DNA of 64,000 bases from an uncultured Eubacteriales bacterium (lineage in GTDB: Bacteria > Bacillota > Clostridia > Oscillospirales > CAG-272). Below, in pieces: positions 9,296 through 17,304 of the stretch. Position 1 is the stretch's first letter; each line of letters opens with the position of its first letter. Location: positions 122,653 to 186,652 of the forward strand of contig CAKSDZ010000002.1 in the NCBI GenBank assembly GCA_934446365.1. The letters run 5' to 3'. Below the pieces are notes generated by a model. It saw only the letters and a program-made list of their open reading frames with translations. It was not told the origin of the DNA and searched no databases. The translations under genes and the position numbers were made by a program.

Positions 9296-9449
9296 ATGAA
9301 TGACAAAATAAAATTTTAATTTTTTACAGCAACGGCAATTTGCAACGATTAAGAAATTGAGTAAAATCGTGTGAACGAGCGAATCTTCCATTCATCGCGA
9401 CTTAAAGGTGTTAGAAAGCAAAGGCTTCGTTAAAGGAGAGTTTTTATAA
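9296..9449 (+). pseudogene. Degenerate N-terminal fragment of a DeoR/GlpR-type HTH regulator
   Basis: Manual translation gives ...QQRQFATIKKLSKIV*TSESSIHRDLKVLESKGFVKGEFL*. This is a DeoR HTH pattern interrupted by stops and ending at the island edge. Confidence 0.45.
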
Positions 9450-9463
9450 AAGCCGATCCGGCG

Positions 9464-9784
9464 TTATAAAACCGTAAGCAATACCGCCGACAGAAGCAAA
9501 AGGCAAGAGGCGGTGCCAAGCATGCCGACCGCCATGCCGCGCTTTCCGGTGCGTCCAAAGAGCCGGCGCGCCACAAAGGAAACGGCCGCGCAAAGTGCAT
9601 CCCATATCACCGCAAACGGAGCCAGCAGCACAAGCAAAATCGAAAGCATGAGCTTCTTTCTCCGACTCTCTTTCCGGAGCGGCGCGCCGCTTTTCCGGTA
9701 TGGTGACGCAGCGCGCACCGGACATTCGACCGAATAGGAATATACCTTGCACCCTTCTATTATTCTATAATCACAGTTTCCCAT
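9464..9784 (-). CDS. Hypothetical protein: Cys-rich N-terminus plus two TM helices (alternative start 9649)
   Basis: GAGGTG RBS before the ATG at 9784. The C-terminal MLSILLVLLAPFAVIWDALCAAV...GMLGTASCLLLLSAVLLTVL is hydrophobic. A consensus promoter lies upstream. Confidence 0.4.
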   Translation of the reverse strand: MGNCDYRIIEGCKVYSYSVECPVRAASPYRKSGAPLRKESRRKKLMLSILLVLLAPFAVIWDALCAAVSFVARRLFGRTGKRGMAVGMLGTASCLLLLSAVLLTVL

Positions 9785-9827
9785 AGCTACACCTCAAATT
9801 TTACCGTTCAATGCTGTTTGCAAGACA

Positions 9828-9856
9828 ATTATACGACCTTTTACGGTAATTGTCAA
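9828..9856 (-). promoter_or_regulatory. Consensus sigma-A promoter reading toward 9784
   Basis: Minus strand TTGACA (9856-9851), 17 nt, TATAAT (9833-9828). Confidence 0.55.
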
Positions 9857-9971
9857 GTGGTTTTGCGGAGTTTTTTACCTCAAAATATAATTTTTTCAAA
9901 AATCCTCTTTACAATTCGGAATTTCCATGATAAAATATTACCGTAAAATATAATTTTGGAGGTTTTCTGTC

Positions 9972-10691
9972 ATGGAATGGCTCGAAAACATCAAAAAGCT
10001 CAAAAAAGAAAAAGGACTGACCAATGAATCTCTGTCCGAAAAATCGGGGATATCCGTCGGGACGCTCAATAAGCTTCTCAGCGGCGCAACGACGGACCCC
10101 AAGCTCTCCACCCTGCGCCCGCTTGCGGATGCGCTGGAGGTGTCCCTCGACGAGCTGCTCGCTATCCGAAAGGAAAACACACCGGGACTGCCTGCCGCGC
10201 TCGCCGCAAAATACGGAGAGCTCGACGACTCCGGGCGGGAAACGGTAGAGTATATCATCAATAAGGAACATGAGCGCGTCATGAAAGACCGCGCGGCGAA
10301 GCCCTATTCACTGGAAACGCCGGCCGTCAGACGTTTGAAGCTCTACAACATCGCAGTTTCCGCCGGTACCGGTTCCTATCTCGCGGACGGCGATTACAGC
10401 GAAATCTCCGTCTATGCCAACGCTAAAACGGACGCCGCGGATTTCGCGGTGAGGGTATACGGCGACAGCATGTCGCCGCGGTATGAAAGCGGCGATATCC
10501 TGCTCGTTTCCAAAACCGACGAAATCGACAGAGGCGAGCTCGGCATCTTCTCGCTCAACGGAGAAAGCTACTTCAAAAAATATGGCGGCGACAGGCTCAT
10601 TTCCCTCAATCCGGCATACCGCGACATGCTCTTAAACAGCCATGACGAAATCGTCTGCTTCGGCAAGGTAATCGGACGGCTGAAAAAATAA
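9972..10691 (+). CDS. XRE-family HTH regulator with a C-terminal S24 (LexA/CI-like) peptidase domain
   Basis: LTNESLSEKSGISVGTLNKLLSG HTH, the YGDSMSP catalytic Ser motif, and a downstream FKKYGG Lys. Confidence 0.85.
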   Translation: MEWLENIKKLKKEKGLTNESLSEKSGISVGTLNKLLSGATTDPKLSTLRPLADALEVSLDELLAIRKENTPGLPAALAAKYGELDDSGRETVEYIINKEHERVMKDRAAKPYSLETPAVRRLKLYNIAVSAGTGSYLADGDYSEISVYANAKTDAADFAVRVYGDSMSPRYESGDILLVSKTDEIDRGELGIFSLNGESYFKKYGGDRLISLNPAYRDMLLNSHDEIVCFGKVIGRLKK

Positions 10692-10778
10692 GGGCATCGG
10701 AAAATGCAGAAAAGAGCGGCATCCGGACATAAAGAGCAGAAATTGCAATCAATGATCGGTGCTGTATTGCCAAAACCG

Positions 10779-11005
10779 ATGATTCTCCGAGGAATTTCCG
10801 GCAGCGGCAAGACCACGGCGGCGGGAGCCTTGCAGAAAAATTCGGCAGAACTACGTGGTCATTTCGCAAAAGGACGTCTCACGTCAGGGGTCAGGAACGG
10901 TAGCCGCGCTTCCCTTGCTCACTTTACTTTTGCAATACGGGAAGCAGCATTCCGAGGTGACAATTCCGGAGGACATTTGGGATTCCGAATGCTCGGAAAG
11001 CAATA
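10779..11005 (+). pseudogene. Frameshifted or truncated P-loop kinase/ATPase remnant
   Basis: MILRGISGSGKTTAAGALQK (Walker A) in one frame. NYVVISQKDVSRQ...LLLQYGKQHSEVTIPEDIW continues in another frame. No intact ORF exists. Confidence 0.35.
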
Positions 11006-11073
11006 ACAACACAGATTATCAGCAAAAACGCAGCCGGGAAAATCCACAAAGCCGATCAAAGGAGAACCCTTCC

Positions 11074-11436
11074 ATGATTCAAAAAATGCCGACCCATTGC
11101 GGCGACGACACGACGTCCTCCTGTGTCATCGCCGGCGATTATATTTTTCTTGCCCATCACGGCGGCGGACAAGCTGTAAATGATATCATCCACCAAACAC
11201 GCGCGACCTTGGAAAGCATGGCACACACATTGTCGACCGCCGGAGCCACGCTTGACGATTTGGTCCAAGTGAATTTTTATATCAAAAACGCTGCCGATTT
11301 CCGCCGCGGCAGAGACGTATTTAAGGAGTATTTCAAAAACGGCGCTCCCGCGAGAATGACGGTCGTAACCGAATTTGTGGGTCCAAACTGTCTGTGCCAA
11401 ATGGACGGTATCGCATATAAACCGGCAGCGAAATAA
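11074..11436 (+). CDS. RidA/YjgF-family protein
   Basis: 120 aa; ...TLDDLVQVNFYIKNAADFRRGRDVFKEYF..PARMTVVTEF. ATG at 11074 follows AAGGAG. Confidence 0.75.
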   Translation: MIQKMPTHCGDDTTSSCVIAGDYIFLAHHGGGQAVNDIIHQTRATLESMAHTLSTAGATLDDLVQVNFYIKNAADFRRGRDVFKEYFKNGAPARMTVVTEFVGPNCLCQMDGIAYKPAAK

Positions 11437-11494
11437 AGGATAGGCACGATATGGCGCCGTCATGTCGGCGGTTTCAGAAAAATCGAGGCTTCGG

Positions 11495-12934
11495 CTATTT
11501 TCTCGGCAGACAGAGCCCCGCACATTCCGTTTCCTCCCGCACCTCCCGGCGCAGCCAAACCACGGCGGAAAGGTTGAGCACGGTCATGACCGCGACGGAA
11601 ATATCGGAAAACTTCCAAACCATGCTTTGTGACAGCACCGCGCCGAGAAGCGTCACCGCGCAATAGGCGGCAAGATATACACGCTCCGCTTTTTTGGAAG
11701 CCGTGAAGTAGCCAAGGCAGGTTTTTCCGTAATACGCCCAGCAGATGACCGTCGCAAACGCGAACAGCAGAATCGACGCGCTGATCAGATATGCGGCTTT
11801 CTTGCCGTAATATTTGGAAAAGGAATAAATCACGAGCAGCATGCCGTTATCCGTGATAAATTCGCCGTCGCTTGCAAGGAGGATGACAAGTCCGGTCAGC
11901 GTACACATGACAATCGTATCGAAAAACACCTCAAAAATCCCGAGGAGTCCCTGCTTTGCGGGGATTTTTGTGTCGGAATTGACATGCGCCATCGGCGCGG
12001 TCCCGCATCCCGCTTCATGCGTGAAGGAGCCTTTGGCAACACCGTGACGCAGCGCGCCGGAAAGGAGAAATCCGACGACTCCCCCGGAGGCGGCGGAGAC
12101 GGAAAATGCACCTTGCAGGATGGTACGCATCACCTCGGGAATCCTGCCGGCGTCGAGAATGACGGCGCGAACCGAAATAAACAGATACACCGCGCTCACC
12201 ACGGGAATCGCCACGGCGGTCACGCGGGAAATCCCCTTGAAGCCTCCGAAAATGACGACGGCACAAATCACGGCGGTGACAATGCCGAAAATGGGCTTTG
12301 AAAAATTGAAGGTCGACGATGCCGCGTCCGACGCCGCGTTCATCTGGACGATATTGCCCATCGAAAACGAGGAAAGAAGCCCGAGCATGGCAAAAACCGC
12401 AGCAAAAATGCTGCCCGTTTTTCCGCCGATGCCGTTTTTCATATAATACATCGGACCGCCCCGCACACCCTCGCCCTCACCGGAGCGGTAACGCATGGCA
12501 AGCACAATTTCGGCGTATTTGAGTATCATGGAAAGCAGTGCGGATATCCACATCCAAAAAAGCGCGCCCGGACCGCCCATCACGATTGCGACGGCAACGC
12601 CGACGATATTCCCGACACCGAGCGTTCCCGCAAGGGAGACGGACAGGGCGACAAGCGGCGAGGTTTTGCCGGCGCCCTCACGGGAAAACATCAGCTTTAT
12701 GCTTTTCCAAGGATGCAAAAGGTAGAATCCGCCGAGATATACCGTAAAATAAAGTCCGCAGCCGACGAGAATCAGCGGCAGAAGGATGCCGACGCCGGCA
12801 TCACAAAGCTTGCCAAGAAAGGTCAATACACGCACCTCTTTCCGGATTTTTTCTCCATATGTATATGCAAGCGGCGGGAAAATCTTTCCGTTCCCTTTCT
12901 CTTTTCCGTGATATTCGACAAAATTAGCACTCAC
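11495..12934 (-). CDS. Alanine/glycine:cation symporter (AgcS family); true start probably internal
   Basis: GPGALFWMWISALLSMILKYAEIVLAMRYR and a polytopic profile. The N-terminal ~35 codons of the ORF may be 5' UTR. Confidence 0.85.
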   Translation of the reverse strand: MSANFVEYHGKEKGNGKIFPPLAYTYGEKIRKEVRVLTFLGKLCDAGVGILLPLILVGCGLYFTVYLGGFYLLHPWKSIKLMFSREGAGKTSPLVALSVSLAGTLGVGNIVGVAVAIVMGGPGALFWMWISALLSMILKYAEIVLAMRYRSGEGEGVRGGPMYYMKNGIGGKTGSIFAAVFAMLGLLSSFSMGNIVQMNAASDAASSTFNFSKPIFGIVTAVICAVVIFGGFKGISRVTAVAIPVVSAVYLFISVRAVILDAGRIPEVMRTILQGAFSVSAASGGVVGFLLSGALRHGVAKGSFTHEAGCGTAPMAHVNSDTKIPAKQGLLGIFEVFFDTIVMCTLTGLVILLASDGEFITDNGMLLVIYSFSKYYGKKAAYLISASILLFAFATVICWAYYGKTCLGYFTASKKAERVYLAAYCAVTLLGAVLSQSMVWKFSDISVAVMTVLNLSAVVWLRREVREETECAGLCLPRK

Positions 12935-12987
12935 ATTCCGCCAAATATGAATTTAATGTTAAAAATAAAAATTTTTTCAAAAAACCC

Positions 12988-13016
12988 TTGATTTTTTTGT
13001 GCAGGCGTATTAGAAT
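12988..13016 (+). promoter_or_regulatory. groESL promoter
   Basis: TTGATT, 17 nt, TAGAAT, immediately upstream of CIRCE. Confidence 0.6.
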
Positions 13017-13027
13017 AGGCGTAGCAA

Positions 13028-13054
13028 TTAGCACTCGACCAAATCGAGTGCCAA
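13028..13054 (+). promoter_or_regulatory. CIRCE operator (HrcA binding site)
   Basis: TTAGCACTC-N9-GAGTGCCAA versus the consensus TTAGCACTC-N9-GAGTGCTAA; one mismatch. Confidence 0.9.
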
Positions 13055-13105
13055 CAAATCGCTGAACAATATATCATATAAAAATCAAAACGGAGGATTC
13101 ACATC

Positions 13106-13390
13106 ATGAAACTGAAACCCTTGGCAGACCGCGTTGTGGTAAAGATGGTCGAAGCGGAAGAGACCACCAAAAGCGGTATCATTCTCACCGCTTCCGCAAA
13201 AGAAAAGCCGCAGGTCGCGGAAGTGATTGCGGTAGGTCCCGGCGCGGAAAAGGACGGCAAGACCGTTCCGATGTCCGTAAAGGTCGGAGACCGCGTCATC
13301 ACCAGCAAATATTCCGGCACGGAAATCAAAATCGACGGTACGGAATATATCATCGTCTCGCAAAACGACATTCTTGCAGTTGTTGAATAA
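13106..13390 (+). CDS. groES: Co-chaperonin GroES
   Basis: MKLKPLADRVVVKMVEAEETTKSGIIL... Confidence 0.98.
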   Translation: MKLKPLADRVVVKMVEAEETTKSGIILTASAKEKPQVAEVIAVGPGAEKDGKTVPMSVKVGDRVITSKYSGTEIKIDGTEYIIVSQNDILAVVE

Positions 13391-15046
<1,656 letters not shown>

Positions 15047-15065
15047 TAAGCCTGAAATCAAAAAT

Positions 15066-15098
15066 CGCACCGGAAACTCCGGTGCGGTTTTCTTTTTT
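15066..15098 (+). terminator. groEL intrinsic terminator
   Basis: CGCACCGGA-aac-TCCGGTGCG followed by TTTTCTTTTTT. Confidence 0.9.
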
Positions 15099-15890
15099 CT
15101 CCTTTGAAAAGGAGAAGATACGTGCTTTTCTCACTGAGGAGAAAAGCACCAAAAGACTCACCGAGACGCTGTCTCGGACTCTCAATCTTCTGCTGGGAAG
15201 CGCATACCTACGGCTCCCAACAGTTGTTTGCTCTCGCTTCGCTCGGCAAGCCAACATTCGCCGTGCGGGAAGTTTGTGCGACTGGGAAGCTCGCGTCCGC
15301 AGGCGCAAGGCTTTCGGAGCGCACTCGCTGCCCGTTCGGCGTGTTCCGCCGTGGCTTGCGTACCTCTGTGGTACGCAAACACGTGCCGGGAGCCGACGGG
15401 ATATACTCTCGGATTGCACCAACGGTCAAGCCGAAGGCTTGCAGTTCTTTTGATGCTTTTCTTTCTGTAAAGAAAAGCATGCGTTCTCTCCTTTGCAAAG
15501 GAGAAGATATGTGCTTTTCTCACTGAGGAGAAAAGCACCAAAAGACTCACCGAGACGCTGTCTCGGACTCTCATTCTTCTGCTGGGAAGCGCATACCCAC
15601 GGCTCGAAAGGTGTTGCAGTGCTCGCACAGGCCACCACTCCCCGTGCGGCAAGCAACTGCGACTGGGAAGTTTGCGCCCGCAGGCGCAAGGCTTTCGGAG
15701 CGCACTCGCTGCCCGTTCGGCGTGTTCCGCCGTGGCTTGCGTACCCTCTGTGGTACGCAAACTGGGAGCCGACGGGATATACTCTCGGATTGCACCAACG
15801 GTCAAGCCGGAGGCTTGCGGCTTCTTTTCGTCCTTTTCTTGTCCGCACAAGAAAAGAACATGTTTCTCTCCTTTGAAAAAGGAGAAAGAA
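15097..15890. repeat. Tandem array of a ~390-bp hairpin-dense repeat (unit A 15097-15484, unit B 15485-15863, terminal partial hairpin 15864-15890)
   Basis: The units align along their length. The same family recurs at 33545-34345. Reading frames are not conserved between units. Confidence 0.9.
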
Positions 15891-15895
15891 AAACA

Positions 15896-15934
15896 GCAGG
15901 AACACACTTGCAGTGCTCCTGCCGTTTTATTTTT
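15896..15934 (-). terminator. Bidirectional terminator (rpsR side)
   Basis: GCAGGA..CACTtgcAGTG..TCCTGC hairpin with T runs on both strands. Confidence 0.65.
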
Positions 15935-15943
15935 ACAATCGTA

Positions 15944-16195
15944 TCAATCACTGATAAAGGGAAGCAGCGCAACGTGACGCGCTCTTTTGATCGCTTCCGT
16001 CAGCTCTCTCTGATGCTTCGCGCAAGTGCCTGTCACTCTGCGGGGCAGAATCTTCGAGCGCTCCGAAATGAACTTGCGCAGTCTTGCGACATCCTTATAA
16101 TCGATCTTCTCGACCTTTTCCGCGCAGAATACGCAGACTTTCTTTCTTCTGCGATTTCCGCCGTTCGGGCGAGCCGGTCTCTGTTCTCTATCCAT
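15944..16195 (-). CDS. rpsR: 30S ribosomal protein S18
   Basis: [49 protein letters not shown]. Confidence 0.97.
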   Translation of the reverse strand: MDREQRPARPNGGNRRRKKVCVFCAEKVEKIDYKDVARLRKFISERSKILPRRVTGTCAKHQRELTEAIKRARHVALLPFISD

Positions 16196-16240
16196 TGTGA
16201 TGAAACCTCCTATTCCGTAATATTGTGAATCCAATTCCGC

Positions 16241-16672
16241 TTAAAACGGCAGATCATCGTCCCCCGCGATCTCCTCAAACTTCGGAGTCTCGGCGCCTCC
16301 CGCCGTAAATACGGGAGCCTGATAATCATCGCTTCGTGCGGAATCGTTCTTACGCTCCACGAAGCTGGCCTCATCGGCCACCACCTCGGTAGCATAACGC
16401 TTGGAACCGTCGTTCGCAGTCCAGCTTCTTGTTTGAAGGGAGCCGCAGATACAGATTGCACTGCCCTTTCTGAAATATTTCGCAATGAATTCAGCTGTGC
16501 TTCTCCATGCGACAATATTGATGAAATCGCTTTGCGGCTGTTCTCCGGATTTCGTATATCGGCGGCTTACTCCTATCGAAAAGGAACAAACGCTGACGCC
16601 GCTCGGCGTCTGTTTGAGTTCCGGATCCGCGGTCATATGACCGATCAGAATCACCTTGTTAAGACTTGCCAT
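16241..16672 (-). CDS. ssb: Single-stranded DNA-binding protein
   Basis: MASLNKVILIGHMTADPELKQTPSGVSVCSFSIGVSR... and the acidic tail DDDLPF. Confidence 0.97.
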   Translation of the reverse strand: MASLNKVILIGHMTADPELKQTPSGVSVCSFSIGVSRRYTKSGEQPQSDFINIVAWRSTAEFIAKYFRKGSAICICGSLQTRSWTANDGSKRYATEVVADEASFVERKNDSARSDDYQAPVFTAGGAETPKFEEIAGDDDLPF

Positions 16673-16691
16673 TCCAATACCTCCCCACAAA

Positions 16692-16982
16692 TCAAGCTCG
16701 GATTGTCATCGAGCGCATAACACCCTCTGTGATGTTGAAGATACGTTCAAGCTCCGCGACAAAGCTCGGTTCCGCTTTATAATTGACAAGGACATAATAG
16801 CCCTCTGTCAAATCATTGATCGGATACGCAAGCTTGCGTTTGCCCCACTCATTGAAAGCTTCAATGGTGCCGTTCTCCTCGATCAGGCTCTTAAACTTAT
16901 TCACAAGAGCGGCTGTGGCCTCTTCCGTGCCCGTGGAATCCACGATATACATCGTTTCATAGGATACGAGATTCTTTTCCAT
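16692..16982 (-). CDS. rpsF: 30S ribosomal protein S6
   Basis: MEKNLVSYETMYIVD...WGKRKLAYPI. ATG at 16982 follows AAAGGAGG. Confidence 0.95.
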   Translation of the reverse strand: MEKNLVSYETMYIVDSTGTEEATAALVNKFKSLIEENGTIEAFNEWGKRKLAYPINDLTEGYYVLVNYKAEPSFVAELERIFNITEGVMRSMTIRA

Positions 16983-17073
16983 CTGATTTGCACCTCCTTT
17001 TGGACATAAGGCCGCGGACAGCAAAAATTTATCCGCAGCAAGGAGAAAAAACTCAAATAAGTTCTTTTCCATC
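16983..17073 (-). promoter_or_regulatory. rpsF 5' leader (possible S6:S18 autoregulatory leader)
   Basis: ~90-nt UTR between the consensus promoter and the RBS, containing a CTGCGGA...TCCGCGG hairpin. Identity with the known rpsF leader family was not verified. Confidence 0.35.
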
Positions 17074-17079
17074 TTTGGT

Positions 17080-17108
17080 ATTATAACATTCCTGTGATTA
17101 TTTGTCAA
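17080..17108 (-). promoter_or_regulatory. rpsF-ssb-rpsR promoter
   Basis: Minus strand TTGACA (17108-17103), 17 nt, TATAAT (17085-17080). Confidence 0.7.
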
Positions 17109-17304
17109 TCGATTTCGGGGTAAAATTGTGGTTTTTTTCACCGGAAATCGGTAAAAATACGACAGCATCCGTCATTTTAAAAGGAATCCAATGTTTTTTC
17201 TATTGATTTTAAAGGATATAACTGATATAATAATATTGATAAAATGAAAAATGTCTCCGCCATTTCAGAAGTGGACGGACGTGCGGACAAGATCGGAGGC
17301 TGCC

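Noticed and set aside
9776-9789. TTTCCCATAGCTAC resembles the cassette end TTCCCATAGGGATTT and might be the missing right end of island 1.
   Set aside because: Only about 9 nt match. It is in the same rather than the inverted orientation. It also overlaps the start codon region of the 9464-9784 ORF. It is likely chance.
10704-11006. The 100-aa ORF as an intact small P-loop protein.
   Set aside because: The Walker A region is followed by an Arg/Gly-rich tail, while the homologous continuation is visible in another frame. It is called a pseudogene instead.
15097-15890. Possibility that the recurring TTCTCCTTT..AAAGGAGAA hairpins are CRISPR repeats.
   Set aside because: The ~370-bp segments between them are homologous to each other rather than unique spacers. 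The spacing is ten times too long, and no cas genes or leader are present.
15104-15907. ORFs of 75-241 aa on both strands across the repeat arrays. Those at 33449-34537 are of the same kind.
   Set aside because: Frames are not conserved between repeat units: indels shift the frame and stops appear in some copies. No RBS is present, and the sequence is dominated by palindromic hairpins. They are treated as non-coding.
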